Positions 18,868 to 30,044 are shown, numbered from the stretch's first letter. The stretch: DNA of 35,780 nucleotides from Candidatus Omnitrophota bacterium (GCA_043803685.1 JAZDJU010000001.1:1-35780), one strand, 5' to 3'. Notes: generated from the letters alone by a model not told the origin. Numbers and translations are program-made.

Positions 18868-19941
18868 CTAGGGTTGCTCCCGTTGAAGAATCCTGTTCAT
18901 ATATTGTTTCATTTTCGATTCGATATCAAGCAGCGTCTTCTCGTAGACCTGCACGCCCATCCCGATCGGGTCTTCCACATCCAGGGTGATCATTTTTTCT
19001 TTCACGGACGGAAGCATCGTTTCCATCATCTGCGCATGTTGCGCGGCCATGGCGATCACCAGATCCGAACTCCACAGATCCCCCTTCCGGCAGCGCCGGC
19101 TCCGGAATCCGCGCATGTCGATCTCGCGATTGCGTAACACAAGCTCCGCCTCCGGCGAACAAGAAAGCCCGTCACGCGAATGGGTCCCGCAAGAACGAAC
19201 ATCGATCTCGGAGGACAACCCCTTTTTTTCGATCTCGTGCCTGAGCCATCCCTCCGCCATCGGTGAACGGCAGGAGTTCCCGGTGCAGACGACTAAAACG
19301 CGCTTGCGCGGGCACTTTCCGGAAGAGATCTTCTCAGCCGCTTTTTCCACTTCCGCTCCCTGCGCCCCTTTACGGAGAATGACCGGCACTTCTCCTGTGA
19401 CATCGACCACGGTCGAATCAAGCATCAGCTCGGTCTTGCCGCCGTCGATCAACTGGTCAAAAGAACCCTGCAATCCTTCGATCACGTGCTTGGCCGTGTG
19501 AGGGGAAGGTTTTCCGCTCCCGTTCGCGCTAGTCGCGATGAGCGGCTCCCCCACTGCCTGGATCAGCGCGAGCGCGATCCTGTTGCTCGGAAATCTTACG
19601 CCGATCTTTTGCCCGTTCAGGTCAAGGGCTACCAGCGTCACGGGACCCGGCCAGAACTGCCTGGCCATAGCGCGAACAAGCGGCGTCTTTTGGATCTTGA
19701 GCCGGTCGAGCATTTCCCAATCCCCAACATGATAGGCAAAGGGTTTTGTTTCCAGCCGTCCTTTGATCTCGCAAAGCCGCTTCTCGATCTCCGGAGCGCT
19801 CATCTTCCCGCCGATCCCGTAAACCGTTTCCGTGGGAAATGCGACGATCTTGCCTTCTTTACAGAGATTCGCCACGTCCCGAATGCGGGCCATATCGGGA
19901 TCATGATGATCGATCTTGATCACTCCGGAAGTCACCGTCAC
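18868..19941 (-). CDS. tsaC: TsaC/Sua5 threonylcarbamoyl-AMP synthase fused to a LMW phosphatase (YwlE-like)
   Basis: N-part [22 protein letters not shown]-part [13 protein letters not shown] and EDPIG. GTG start. Confidence 0.9.
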   Translation of the reverse strand: MTVTSGVIKIDHHDPDMARIRDVANLCKEGKIVAFPTETVYGIGGKMSAPEIEKRLCEIKGRLETKPFAYHVGDWEMLDRLKIQKTPLVRAMARQFWPGPVTLVALDLNGQKIGVRFPSNRIALALIQAVGEPLIATSANGSGKPSPHTAKHVIEGLQGSFDQLIDGGKTELMLDSTVVDVTGEVPVILRKGAQGAEVEKAAEKISSGKCPRKRVLVVCTGNSCRSPMAEGWLRHEIEKKGLSSEIDVRSCGTHSRDGLSCSPEAELVLRNREIDMRGFRSRRCRKGDLWSSDLVIAMAAQHAQMMETMLPSVKEKMITLDVEDPIGMGVQVYEKTLLDIESKMKQYMNRILQREQP

Positions 19942-20007
19942 GATGGATCCAATCCTCCGTATGTTTCTACGAGAACCATTACACTGTTTGGCAAATTCGT
20001 ACCGGAC

Positions 20008-20121
20008 TTCCCCCTCTTTTCCGCCACAAGATGCTGGACGGATCCGTCCTTCGGCGGAGTAAAAGAGGGGCCAGGGGAGATTTTAAAAATCCCCCTCAAT
20101 CCCCCTTTGCGAAAGGGGGAG
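20008..20121. repeat. Composite REP-like palindromic element with nested palindrome
   Basis: cccctctttt...aaaagagggg encloses tccgcc...ggacggatccgtcc...ggcgga, followed by tccccctttgcgaaaggggga. Confidence 0.7.
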
Positions 20122-20141
20122 CCAACAAATCGCACGCCGTA

Positions 20142-20645
20142 CTATTTTCGGAGCTTTTCCTGCAACTTCTTGTTCTTTTCCCGGCTGCTTTCCACCAAAG
20201 AGTCTTTGAACTTCCTGAGCTTTTCCGCTAACGGTGCGTCCGAAAGCGCCAGGATCTGCACCGCCAGAAGACCGGCATTGCGCGCGCCCGGTTTTCCCAC
20301 GGCCACCGTCGCCACCGGAACTCCGGCAGGCATCTGGACCGTCGCCAGAAGCGCGTCCAAGCCGTTCATCTGCGTCGCCGCGAGCGGCACGCCGATGACC
20401 GGCAAGATCGTATTCGCGGCCACGGCCCCGGCCAAGTGCGCCGCGCCACCGGCGCCTGCGACAATGACTTTGAGACCCTTCTGCGTCGCCTGACTCGCGA
20501 AATCCGCGACAAGGATCGGCGTGCGGTGGGCCGAGAGCACCTGCATCTCAAACGCCACTCCGAATTCTTTCAGCACGTCCGCGCATTCCTGCATCACTTC
20601 CAGGTCTGAATCGCTTCCCATCACGATCGAAACAAGTTCTTTCAT
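20142..20645 (-). CDS. purE: N5-carboxyaminoimidazole ribonucleotide mutase
   Basis: [38 protein letters not shown]. Confidence 0.96.
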   Translation of the reverse strand: MKELVSIVMGSDSDLEVMQECADVLKEFGVAFEMQVLSAHRTPILVADFASQATQKGLKVIVAGAGGAAHLAGAVAANTILPVIGVPLAATQMNGLDALLATVQMPAGVPVATVAVGKPGARNAGLLAVQILALSDAPLAEKLRKFKDSLVESSREKNKKLQEKLRK

Positions 20646-21922
20646 CGCAACACCTCAATAGCTTTTTGACCGATGTCCCGGCGGCAAAAACCGCCTTCGA
20701 AATGAATTTGCGCCGTCACTTGATAAGCTCGTTCATGCGCTACTTTAAGCGTGTCCCCCCAAGCCGTCACGGCCAGAACGCGCCCCCCCGCCGTGACCAC
20801 CTGTCCCTGCTCATTAAAGGCCGTTCCTGCGTGGAAAACCGCCACGTCCGGCTGTCCCTTCGCGATCTCCAGCCCCTGGATCGGAAAACCCTTGGTGTAG
20901 GAACCCGGATAACCTCCTGAAGCCATGACGACCGTGATGCATGCTTTATCGTGCCACTCGAGGCTTTCAACTTCCAACTTTCCCTTGGCGATCTGCATCA
21001 GAACCGGCAAAAGATCGGACTTCATCCTCGGAAGAATGACTTCCGTCTCCGGATCGCCGAACCGGCAATTATATTCAAGAACGAACGGACCCTCCTGGGT
21101 CATCATGATCCCCGCGTAAAGCACGCCGCGATAGGGCATCCCGTCCTTGGCCATCCCTTCGATGATCGGACGCAACGCGATATCGATAATGCCCCCGATC
21201 TCGGAATCGGGGATCTTCATGCTCGGCGAAAACGCCCCCATGCCTCCTGTGTTCGGGCCCCGGTCATAATCGTAGGCGCGTTTGTGATCGCGCGCGCTCG
21301 CAAGAGGAATGATCTTTTTCCCGTCCGTCAGCACCAGAACCGAAAGCTCCTCGCCTTCCAGCTTCTTTTCCACAATGACCTTGGCGCCCGCGTCCCCAAA
21401 GATCTTTTCTTCCATCATTTGCGTCAGCGTCGCGACCGCGTGCTCGGAACTCTCCGAGATCACCACCCCTTTGCCCGCCGCGAGCCCGTCTGCCTTGATC
21501 ACCACGGGCATCTCGGATTCGATCACGTAATGTTTAGCTTCCTTGACGTTCGTGAAGACCTCGTAACCAGCCGTCGGCACACCGTACTTCGTCATGATGT
21601 CTTTGGAAAAAGCCTTGCTGCCTTCCAGAAACGCCGTGTCGCGCGAAGGGCCAAACACTTTGAGTCCATTTTCATGGAACAAGTCCCAGACCCCTTCCAC
21701 CAGCGGCACTTCGGGACCGACCACAGTCAGATCGATCTTTTCGCGCAGGGCAAATCCCAGAAGCCCCTTGAGATCATCGGATGCGATCGAAACACATTCC
21801 GCATATTGACTGATCCCGGCATTCCCCGGAGCCGCGTAGAGTTTGGTGAGAAGAGGACTTTGGGCGATCTTCCACGCGAGCGCGTGTTCCCTGCCGCCGG
21901 AACCGATCAAGAGAACTCTCAT
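20642..21922 (-). CDS. purD: Phosphoribosylamine--glycine ligase
   Basis: IGSGGREHAL, KADGLAAGKGV, GPNTGGMG, EYNCRFGDPE. Confidence 0.97.
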   Translation of the reverse strand: MRVLLIGSGGREHALAWKIAQSPLLTKLYAAPGNAGISQYAECVSIASDDLKGLLGFALREKIDLTVVGPEVPLVEGVWDLFHENGLKVFGPSRDTAFLEGSKAFSKDIMTKYGVPTAGYEVFTNVKEAKHYVIESEMPVVIKADGLAAGKGVVISESSEHAVATLTQMMEEKIFGDAGAKVIVEKKLEGEELSVLVLTDGKKIIPLASARDHKRAYDYDRGPNTGGMGAFSPSMKIPDSEIGGIIDIALRPIIEGMAKDGMPYRGVLYAGIMMTQEGPFVLEYNCRFGDPETEVILPRMKSDLLPVLMQIAKGKLEVESLEWHDKACITVVMASGGYPGSYTKGFPIQGLEIAKGQPDVAVFHAGTAFNEQGQVVTAGGRVLAVTAWGDTLKVAHERAYQVTAQIHFEGGFCRRDIGQKAIEVLR

Positions 21923-22938
21923 GCGAGGGTCACCCCGCTAGAGCGGACGATTCTCCCGATCTCCCAAGAGTTCAGCTTGAAATTCTTCAAGACCTTTTGC
22001 GCGGAAGGGACATCGCGTTTCCCGAGGATCACCACCATCCCGATCCCCATGTTGAAAGTTTTGTACATTTCATGATCCGAAATGCCGCCGGCCTTCTGGG
22101 CCACGCGAAAGATCTCCGGCACTTTCCAGGTATTGCGATCGATCGAGGCGCCAAGCCCCTTCGGGATCACACGCGGCAAATTGTCATAGAAACCGCCGCC
22201 GGTGATATTGACAATGCCTTTGACCAGCACTTTTTTTGTTAGCTCCATCACCGGCTTCACATAAATGATGGTGGGCGTGAGAAGCTTGCGCCCCACGGGC
22301 CCCTGTAGCTCCTTTTCGGAAAAGATCTTCCTGATGAGCGAATATCCATTCGAATGAAATCCCGAGGATTGAATGCCGAGGATCACATCCCCGGCCTTGA
22401 TCTTCTTGCCCGTCACGACTTTCTTGCGGTCCACCGCGCCGACCGAAAACCCGGCGACGTCATATTGCGCCGCAAGCGCCGTTCTTTTGTCGGTATAGAA
22501 ACCCGGCATAATGGCCGTCTCGCCACCCACGAGCGCGCAGCCGGACTGACGGCAACCTTCGGTAACACCTTTCAGGACCTCGCCGATCACGTTCGTCTGA
22601 AATTTCCCGGAGGCGTAATAATCCAGAAAGAAAAGCGGCTGAGCTCCGGAGGTGATGAGATCATTCACGCACATTGCGACAAGATCGATCCCGATCGTGT
22701 CGTGCTTATTCAGGAGTCGCGCGAGCTCCAACTTGGTCCCCACGCCGTCGGTCGAGGCCACAAGCAAAGGATCTTTGATGCCAGTTTTCCGAAGGTCAAA
22801 AAGTGACGCGAACCCGAGCGTGTCACCGCAAACGCCCGGAGTGTGGGTGGAACGGATCAGTCCCGAGATCTTACGGTTGTACGCGGGGTCGCCTTTCAGG
22901 TGCGGCACTCCGGCTTTTTCGTAGGTCCAGGCGCTCAT
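21919..22938 (-). CDS. purM: Phosphoribosylformylglycinamidine cyclo-ligase
   Basis: STDGVGTK, DLVAMCVND, GGETA, SGFHSNGYSL, FNMGIG; ATGA overlap with purF. Confidence 0.96.
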   Translation of the reverse strand: MSAWTYEKAGVPHLKGDPAYNRKISGLIRSTHTPGVCGDTLGFASLFDLRKTGIKDPLLVASTDGVGTKLELARLLNKHDTIGIDLVAMCVNDLITSGAQPLFFLDYYASGKFQTNVIGEVLKGVTEGCRQSGCALVGGETAIMPGFYTDKRTALAAQYDVAGFSVGAVDRKKVVTGKKIKAGDVILGIQSSGFHSNGYSLIRKIFSEKELQGPVGRKLLTPTIIYVKPVMELTKKVLVKGIVNITGGGFYDNLPRVIPKGLGASIDRNTWKVPEIFRVAQKAGGISDHEMYKTFNMGIGMVVILGKRDVPSAQKVLKNFKLNSWEIGRIVRSSGVTLA

Positions 22939-24356
22939 ATCTTGCAGCAATTCCTTTTGTGTTCCAGTTTGTACTTGTCATCCGCGTCGTAGATCTTGGT
23001 CGGGTATTTTCCGGAAAAACACGCCGCGCAAAAATCCTTCGGGTCCTGCGTCGTCGCGCCCAGCATCCCTTCAAGACTCAGGTAGCCGAGCGTATCCACG
23101 TTAAGGAATTTTGTGATCTCCTCGAGAGTTTTATTGGCCGCCAAAAGCTCCTTTTTCGAAGGGAAATCGATCCCGTAAAAACAGGGCGAAATGTGCGGCG
23201 GGCAGCTGATCCGCATATGCACTTCTTTGGCGCCCGCGCTCCTCAGAAGCTTGACGCGATTCCTTGCCGTGTTCCCGCGCACGATCGAATCATCGACCAC
23301 GATCACGCGCTTGCCGTCCACGAACTGCCGGATCGGATTCAATTTGATCTTCACTTTAAGCTGACGGCCCGCTTCCGAAGGGCTCAGGAACGTGCGACCG
23401 ATGTAATGGTTACGGATGAACCCGTGCGAGAACGGGATCCCCGATTCCCGGGAATAACCCAGGGCCGCGAAACTGCCTGAGTCCGGAACCGGGATCACGA
23501 TGTCCGCGTCCACAGGATGCTCCTTCGCGAGCTGGCGTCCCAATCTTTCGCGAACAAGCCCCACACTATCATGAAAAATGGTCGAGTCTGGGCGCGCGAA
23601 ATAGACGTGTTCGAAAATACACTGAGCCTTCGCGATCTTGTCATCCTTAAAAGGAAAATGACTGCGCATGCCCTTGCTGTCGATCACGATCACCTCGCCC
23701 GGTTCGATCTCACGGACGAATTCGGCTTCGATCAGATCAAAAGCACAGGTCTCGGAGGCAAGCACATAGCTATTCCCCAGTTTTCCGAGACAGAGCGGAC
23801 GGAACCCGTGCGGGTCGCGGACCCCGAACAAATGGTCTTCGGTGAGAAGCACGAGACTGAACGCGCCCTTCGCGCGCTTGGCCGCCTCGATCACGCCCTC
23901 TTCATGAGAACGGTAGGACGGCTTGGCGATCATGTGCACAAAAACCTCGGAATCGATCGTGCTCCCGAAGATGGAGCCGTAGGCCTCGAGTTCCGCACGC
24001 AAGATCTGCGCGTTCACGAGATTTCCGTTGTGCGCGATCGCGATCTGACCACGCGAATAATCGACCTTGTAAGGCTGGGCGTTCAAAACGGTGGAGGACC
24101 CGGTCGTGGAATAGCGGACGTGACCGATCGCGTTCTTTCCCGGAAGCTGGGCGATCGAGGCCTCGTCAAAAACCTCTCCCACACGCCCCATCTTCTTGAC
24201 GAGATAAAGGTCGGAGCTGTCGCTCGTGCAAATGCCGGCCGCTTCTTCGCCCCTGTGCTGAAGCGCGAAAAGCCCGAGTTGGGTGATACGCGCCGCGTGG
24301 GGATGGTTATAGATGCCGAAAATGCCGCAGTGATGCTTGATATTTTCGCCGCCCAT
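22935..24356 (-). CDS. purF: Amidophosphoribosyltransferase (propeptide, Fe-S type)
   Basis: Short propeptide then CGIFG, QHRG, GHVRYST, VDDSIVRG; Cys motifs PCFYGID and CAAC. Confidence 0.97.
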   Translation of the reverse strand: MGGENIKHHCGIFGIYNHPHAARITQLGLFALQHRGEEAAGICTSDSSDLYLVKKMGRVGEVFDEASIAQLPGKNAIGHVRYSTTGSSTVLNAQPYKVDYSRGQIAIAHNGNLVNAQILRAELEAYGSIFGSTIDSEVFVHMIAKPSYRSHEEGVIEAAKRAKGAFSLVLLTEDHLFGVRDPHGFRPLCLGKLGNSYVLASETCAFDLIEAEFVREIEPGEVIVIDSKGMRSHFPFKDDKIAKAQCIFEHVYFARPDSTIFHDSVGLVRERLGRQLAKEHPVDADIVIPVPDSGSFAALGYSRESGIPFSHGFIRNHYIGRTFLSPSEAGRQLKVKIKLNPIRQFVDGKRVIVVDDSIVRGNTARNRVKLLRSAGAKEVHMRISCPPHISPCFYGIDFPSKKELLAANKTLEEITKFLNVDTLGYLSLEGMLGATTQDPKDFCAACFSGKYPTKIYDADDKYKLEHKRNCCKI

Positions 24357-26624
24357 TTATTGACGCTCCATGATATGAGGGATCATGTTCTCGAAAAGCT
24401 TCACCATATCCCCAACGGTTAACCGGATCCGGTCTCCCAAAACAAGTGCGTCCCCGCCTACTGTTCCGATCTCGCAAAGCTCGACCCCGGACTTCTGGGC
24501 CAAATGCATGATGTCTTTCTGGTGCTCGGGCTTGACCGAGAGAACGACACGCGACTGACTCTCTCCGAAATAGAGCGCGTCCGCGCGAAGCTCCGGCTGT
24601 CCCTTCAAAATACCCTCAATCCCCTTCACCACGGCGCCGAGTCCGCCTTCGCTCTTGAGACAGCATTCGGCAAGCGCGACCGCGAGGCCCCCTTCCGAGA
24701 GGTCGTGACAAGACGCGAGCTTCTTTCCGTCGGCGGCGGCAAGGATGAATTGCTGAAGCGCTTTTTCGCGCGCGAGATCAAGCCGCGGCGGCAAACCCTG
24801 TTTCAAGCCGTGCTCGATCATCAGATAATGGCTTCCGCCGATCTCGTTAAAGGTCTTCCCCGCGAGGAAAACAAGATCGCCTTCATTCTGGAAAGCTGAA
24901 GAGACACGCTTTTCAATATTCTCCAAAAGACCCACGATACCGATCGTGGGCGTCGGGTAAATGGCGCCCTGAGGGCTCTCATTATAGAAGCTGACATTCC
25001 CGCCGGTGACCGGGATCTCGAGCGCCTTGCAGGACTCGATGAGCCCTGAGACCGCGCTGTGGAACTGCCAGAAGATCTCGGGTTTCATCGGGTTGCCAAA
25101 ATTAAGGCAGTTGGTCATGCCGACTGGCCGGGACCCGGAGCAAACGACATTGCGCGCCGCTTCCGCGACGGCGATCTTGCCCCCCTCGAAAGGATCAAGA
25201 TAAACGTAAAGACTGTTGCAGTCGGTCGAGACCGCGATCCCTTTTTGCGTTCCCTTGACGCGAATGAGCGCCGCGTCGTGACCCGGATAAAAGACCGTGT
25301 CGGTACGGACCATGTGATCATATTGCTGCCACACCCAGGCCTTGGAGGCGATCGAAGGATAAGCGAGCAACCTCTTAAGCACCGCACTGAAATCCTTGGG
25401 TTCCAAGATCGTGGCAAGGTCCAGTTTCTGGGCCTCAGCAAGGTAAGCCGGTTTTTCTTCTTCGCGGATGTAGATCGGTCCATCGTCAGCAAGCGCCTTG
25501 GCCGGGATCTCCGCCGCCAGTTTCCCGTTGTCCAGCACCCGGTATTTGTCACCCGAGGTCACTTCGCCGATATTCACGGCATGGAGGTCCCATTTATGAA
25601 AGATGGCCTCGACTTCTTTTTCTTTTCCTTTTTTGACAATGACCAGCATGCGCTCCTGAGACTCCGAAAGCAGCGTCTCATAAGGGGTCATCCCCGGTTC
25701 GCGGCGCGGGACCTTTGCCAGATCGATCTCAACTCCGGTGCTCGCACGGGACGCGGTTTCACAACCTGCGCAAGTCAAGCCCGCGGCGCCCATGTCCTGC
25801 ATCCCCACGAGCGCGTCGGTCCTGAGAAGCTCGAGACACGCTTCCATCAAAAGCTTTTCCATGAAAGGATCCCCCACCTGAACGGCGGGACGGTCCTCAT
25901 GACTTTCCTCTGAAAGTTCCTTGGACGCGAACGCCGCGCCGCCGAGTCCGTCACGGCCGGTCGTGGCCCCCACGTAGTAAACCGGATTGCCGATCCCGTG
26001 CGCCGCCCCTCGGACGATCTCATCTTTTTTGATGATCCCAAGCGCCATCGCGTTCACGAGAGGATTTCCTTCGTAGGACGCGTCAAAATAAATGTCTCCG
26101 CCCACAGTGGGAATGCCCATGCAATTGCCGTAATGCGCGATCCCTGCGACCACGCCGCGGAAAAGCCGCTGACTCACCGGCTGCGAGAGATCCCCGAACC
26201 GGAGAGAATTCATCAATAAAACCGGCCGCGCGCCCATGGTAAAAATGTCACGGAGAATGCCGCCCACGCCCGTCGCCGCGCCCTGAAAGGGTTCGATGGC
26301 CGAGGGGTGGTTGTGGCTTTCGATCTTGAAGCACACCGCGAAACCGTCGCCGATATCCACGATCCCGGCGTTCTCCGTCCCGGGCTTCACAAGCAAATGT
26401 TCCTGGCGCGGAAGTTCCGCGTTCATTTTGGAGAAAAGCTTGAGGATGGGCTTGGAATTCTTGTACGAACAATGTTCGCTCCACATCACACTGAACATGC
26501 CGAGCTCGGTGATATTGGGATCTCGGCCCAGGATCTTCTGGATACGCTGATATTCGTCAGTCGTGATCCCGTGCGCCGCGATCAATTCAGGGGTGATGGG
26601 TGTTGTCGAGTCCAGTGCCGGCAT
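24357..26624 (-). CDS. purL: FGAM synthase subunit PurL (small type)
   Basis: [40 protein letters not shown]. Confidence 0.97.
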   Translation of the reverse strand: MPALDSTTPITPELIAAHGITTDEYQRIQKILGRDPNITELGMFSVMWSEHCSYKNSKPILKLFSKMNAELPRQEHLLVKPGTENAGIVDIGDGFAVCFKIESHNHPSAIEPFQGAATGVGGILRDIFTMGARPVLLMNSLRFGDLSQPVSQRLFRGVVAGIAHYGNCMGIPTVGGDIYFDASYEGNPLVNAMALGIIKKDEIVRGAAHGIGNPVYYVGATTGRDGLGGAAFASKELSEESHEDRPAVQVGDPFMEKLLMEACLELLRTDALVGMQDMGAAGLTCAGCETASRASTGVEIDLAKVPRREPGMTPYETLLSESQERMLVIVKKGKEKEVEAIFHKWDLHAVNIGEVTSGDKYRVLDNGKLAAEIPAKALADDGPIYIREEEKPAYLAEAQKLDLATILEPKDFSAVLKRLLAYPSIASKAWVWQQYDHMVRTDTVFYPGHDAALIRVKGTQKGIAVSTDCNSLYVYLDPFEGGKIAVAEAARNVVCSGSRPVGMTNCLNFGNPMKPEIFWQFHSAVSGLIESCKALEIPVTGGNVSFYNESPQGAIYPTPTIGIVGLLENIEKRVSSAFQNEGDLVFLAGKTFNEIGGSHYLMIEHGLKQGLPPRLDLAREKALQQFILAAADGKKLASCHDLSEGGLAVALAECCLKSEGGLGAVVKGIEGILKGQPELRADALYFGESQSRVVLSVKPEHQKDIMHLAQKSGVELCEIGTVGGDALVLGDRIRLTVGDMVKLFENMIPHIMERQ

Positions 26625-26627
26625 TCA

Positions 26628-27317
26628 TTACTCCAGTGCGTTTAAAATGCTTTCAAAGATCTTTCGTCCATCCGAGGAGCCGAGGATCTCTTCACTCGAG
26701 CGCTCGGGATGCGGCATCATGCCCAGAACATTTTTCTTCTTGTTCACAATGCCCGCGATGTGGTCTTTGGAACCGTTCGGATTGAAGGCATCGCCCACCT
26801 CCCCGTCCTCGGAGGTATAGCGGAACACGATCTGGGAATGGTCCTGTAAGGATTTCAGCGTGTCGTCATCGCAATAATAATTCCCCTCGCCGTGCGCGAT
26901 GGGAACACAAAGCGTTTCGCCGGGATTCATCTCCCCCGTGAAGATCGTGAGATTCTCTTCGGTGCGGATCCAGGTGTGTTTGCAAATGAATTCGAGCGAC
27001 TTGTTCCTGAGCATCGCGCCTGGCAAAAGCCCCGCTTCGAGAAGAATCTGGAACCCGTTGCAGATCCCGAGCACCGCGCGACCGCTCTGCGCGTGCTGGA
27101 TCACGGCTTCCATGACGGGTGAAAAACGGGCGATCGCACCCGTCCTGAGATAATCCCCGTAGCTGAACCCGCCGGGGATGACCACCAGGTCCACCTTCGG
27201 CAAGGTCTTCTCTTTGTGCCAAACGAACTCCACCGGCACTTTGGCGACGTCCTTCAGCGCGTGGAAACAATCGGTATCACAATTGGAACCCGGAAACACA
27301 ATGACTGCGGCTTTCAT
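26628..27317 (-). CDS. purQ: FGAM synthase glutaminase subunit PurQ
   Basis: [40 protein letters not shown]. Confidence 0.97.
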   Translation of the reverse strand: MKAAVIVFPGSNCDTDCFHALKDVAKVPVEFVWHKEKTLPKVDLVVIPGGFSYGDYLRTGAIARFSPVMEAVIQHAQSGRAVLGICNGFQILLEAGLLPGAMLRNKSLEFICKHTWIRTEENLTIFTGEMNPGETLCVPIAHGEGNYYCDDDTLKSLQDHSQIVFRYTSEDGEVGDAFNPNGSKDHIAGIVNKKKNVLGMMPHPERSSEEILGSSDGRKIFESILNALE

Positions 27318-27331
27318 GATCAAACACCTCG

Positions 27332-27394
27332 GGGAACGGGAACCGTTGAACGTGGAACGCGACTCGTTCCCCATTCCCCGTTACCCGTTCAACG
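27332..27394. repeat. Inverted heptamer array (GGGAACG-type) between purS and purQ
   Basis: gggaacg ggaaccg ttgaacg tggaacg, then cgttccc cattccc cgttacc cgttcaa. Confidence 0.7.
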
Positions 27395-27402
27395 CTTTTA
27401 AG

Positions 27403-27660
27403 TTAGGATGGCATCTCTTGAATTTCGAACGAATACTCTTCGATCACGGGATTATGGAGCAGTTTGTCGCACATGGCGTGAATGCATTCCTCCGCCTTCG
27501 CGCGCGTCTCCGCCTCAAGCGCCAGATCGAAATATTTTCCAATCCTGAGACTCTTCGCTTCCTTGAACCCCATCGACTCGAGCGCGTGAAGCGTCGTCTG
27601 CCCCTGCGGGTCCAGGACCGATTTTTTCAAACTTGTATGAATACGCACTTTAAACTTCAT
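27403..27660 (-). CDS. purS: FGAM synthase subunit PurS
   Basis: LKKSVLDPQG, RIGKYF, KLLHNPVIEEY. Alternative start at 27690. Confidence 0.95.
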   Translation of the reverse strand: MKFKVRIHTSLKKSVLDPQGQTTLHALESMGFKEAKSLRIGKYFDLALEAETRAKAEECIHAMCDKLLHNPVIEEYSFEIQEMPS

Positions 27661-27720
27661 GGTCTTTGAGCCCTTTCCAGTAGATTCCATTTTTCCGCCA
27701 AGGCGAGCGGCGGATTTTTT

Positions 27721-28647
27721 CTATTTCCGGCCGCGAATATCTTTTCCGGCCAACCGTTTATAGATCTCGCAATAAGCTTCCGTGGTCTTTTCAATAATGT
27801 CACCCGGAAGCTCCGGCGCGGGAGGACGCTTGTCCCACGAGAGCGTCTCGAGATAATTCCTCACGATCTGTTTATCGAAACTCGGTTGGTCATGTCCTGT
27901 CTCGTACTGAGCGGCCGGCCAAAAACGCGAACTGTCAGGCGTCAGGATCTCATCGATCAACATGACCTTGCCGTCATGGATCCCGAACTCAAATTTCGTG
28001 TCCGCGATAATGATCCCCTTTGCCGCAGCATACTCCTGCCCCTTTTTGTAAAGAAGGATGGAGAGGTCTTTCACCTGTTGGGCGACGTCTTTGCCCACGA
28101 TCCGGATCGCTTCCCCAAAATCGATATTGACGTCATGCCCGGTCTTCGCCTTCGTGGACGGCGTAAAGATCGGTTCCGGGAACTTCTGGCACTGTTTCAT
28201 TCCCGACGGGAGCGTATGCCCGCAAACCATCCCCGTCTTCAGATAATCTTTCCAACCGGAGCCGGTGATGTAACCCCGGACCACGCATTCGATCGCGAGC
28301 GGTTCCGCCCGTTTCACGAGCACCGAGCGCCCGACCAGTTCGTGGCGAAAGTTCGTGAGCACGTCCTTCGAAAGTCCCATCGCGTCCACATCGGCGGTGA
28401 TCAAATGCTGAGGAAGAATGTCCTTGAAATGCTCGAGCCAGAAAAGTGTGATCTGATTGAGGACTTTCCCTTTCATCGGGATCGGGTCCGGAAGCACCAC
28501 GTCAAAGGCGCTCAGCCGGTCCGTGGTCACGATCAATAGTTTGTCAGCCCCCACACCATAGATGTCGCGCACCTTCCCCACCGCGACGCGCGGCAGCGGC
28601 AAATGCGTTTCCAGGATCGCTTCGTCCCTCTCGAGATCGCTCACCAT
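27721..28647 (-). CDS. purC: SAICAR synthase
   Basis: GKVRDIY, TDRLSAFD, FTPSTKA, DTKFEFG, DEILTPDSSRFW. Confidence 0.97.
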   Translation of the reverse strand: MVSDLERDEAILETHLPLPRVAVGKVRDIYGVGADKLLIVTTDRLSAFDVVLPDPIPMKGKVLNQITLFWLEHFKDILPQHLITADVDAMGLSKDVLTNFRHELVGRSVLVKRAEPLAIECVVRGYITGSGWKDYLKTGMVCGHTLPSGMKQCQKFPEPIFTPSTKAKTGHDVNIDFGEAIRIVGKDVAQQVKDLSILLYKKGQEYAAAKGIIIADTKFEFGIHDGKVMLIDEILTPDSSRFWPAAQYETGHDQPSFDKQIVRNYLETLSWDKRPPAPELPGDIIEKTTEAYCEIYKRLAGKDIRGRK

Positions 28648-28657
28648 ATTTTTTCCT

Positions 28658-29968
28658 CTATTTAGATGATGAAAGAATTCCGGCGCGCTTCAGGATGACC
28701 GGAACATTCTTCAGATGCCTGTCATAACTAAAGACCGCTCGGACTTCCTTGGGCGTCAAGATCTTCAGGATCTTCTCGTCCTGCGACACCACTTGCTCCA
28801 GATAAAGGCTTTCATCTTCCCAAAGCTTCTTGGCCGCGTCCTGCACAAGCTTGTAGCCTTCTTCGCGCGTCTGGCCCTTTTCTACGAGCGCGAGGAGCAG
28901 ACTCTGTGAGAACACCATGCCCCGGCTCGACTCAAGGTTTTTCAGCATACGGTCCTTATTGACCACGAGGTTCTCGATCACGTTCTGCATGAGCCCCAAC
29001 ATATAATCAAGAAGGATCGTGCTGTCGGGGAAAATGACGCGCTCCACCGAGGAATGCGTGATGTCCCGCTCGTGCCAAAGAGCGATATTCTCAAAACCCG
29101 CGAGGGCGTTCCCGCGAAGAATGCGCGAGAGTCCTGCCACGCGTTCACAGGTAATAGGATTCCGTTTGTGGGGCATGGCCGAAGAACCCTTCTGCCCCTT
29201 CGAAAAGAATTCCTGCACTTCAAAGGTCTCGGTCTTCTGGAGACCGCGGATCTCGGTCGCTAGTTGCTCAAGAGATCCACCCACGATCGCGAGCGCTCCA
29301 AGGTATTCCGCGTGACGGTCCCGTTGAAGGACCTGCGTCGACACCGGCGCCGGGTTCAGCCCGAGCTTCTTACAAACAAATTCCTCGACCTTGGGATCCA
29401 CATTCGCGAAAGTCCCGACCGCGCCCGAGATCTTGCCATAACGCATATTCTCTTTGGCCGCTTCAAGGCGCACAAGACCGCGCTTGCAGGCTTCATGAAA
29501 AAGCGCCATCTTGATCCCGAACGTAATGGGTTCAGCGTGCACGCCGTGAGAGCGACCGACCATCAGGGTGTTGGCGTATTCTTTGGCCTTTTTCCCGAGC
29601 AGGGAAATAAGTTTCTTCAGTTCACGGATAAGAATGTCCGAGGCTTCCTGGACCTGGAGCGAAAGTCCGGTGTCCAGAATGTCGGAGGAGGTCAGGCCAA
29701 AGTGCACATAACGGCCCACGGGACCGACGTTCTCGGAAACATTAGTAAGGAAAGCAATGACGTCGTGGTTGACGACCTTTTCGATCTCTTTCACGCGCTC
29801 GACGCTGAATTTCGCGCGGGCACGGACTTTGGCGGGAACATCCTTGGGAATATAACCGTAACGCGCAAGCCCTTCCAGCGCGGCCAACTCTACCTCCAGC
29901 CACTTTTGAAGCTTGTTCTCTTCTGTCCAGATCTTCGCCATTTCCTGGCGTGAGTAACGACTGATCAT
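28658..29968 (-). CDS. purB: Adenylosuccinate lyase
   Basis: MISRYS, HFGLTSSD, GRSHGVHAEP, GSSAMPHKRNP, WHERDI. Confidence 0.97.
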   Translation of the reverse strand: MISRYSRQEMAKIWTEENKLQKWLEVELAALEGLARYGYIPKDVPAKVRARAKFSVERVKEIEKVVNHDVIAFLTNVSENVGPVGRYVHFGLTSSDILDTGLSLQVQEASDILIRELKKLISLLGKKAKEYANTLMVGRSHGVHAEPITFGIKMALFHEACKRGLVRLEAAKENMRYGKISGAVGTFANVDPKVEEFVCKKLGLNPAPVSTQVLQRDRHAEYLGALAIVGGSLEQLATEIRGLQKTETFEVQEFFSKGQKGSSAMPHKRNPITCERVAGLSRILRGNALAGFENIALWHERDITHSSVERVIFPDSTILLDYMLGLMQNVIENLVVNKDRMLKNLESSRGMVFSQSLLLALVEKGQTREEGYKLVQDAAKKLWEDESLYLEQVVSQDEKILKILTPKEVRAVFSYDRHLKNVPVILKRAGILSSSK

Positions 29969-29978
29969 AACGAACCTC

Positions 29979-30006
29979 AGTGAAGAGTTAAGAATGAAAA
30001 GTTAAG
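29979..30006. repeat. Heptamer tandem array (AGTTAAG-type)
   Basis: agtgaag agttaag aatgaaa agttaag. Confidence 0.5.
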
Positions 30007-30044
30007 AACTCGAATCTTGCGTCTTTCCTCACAAATTACTTTAA

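Noticed and set aside
19938..20135. 65-aa ORF between purE and tsaC (likewise 34608-34793)
   Set aside because: Largely a translation of REP-like palindromic repeats.
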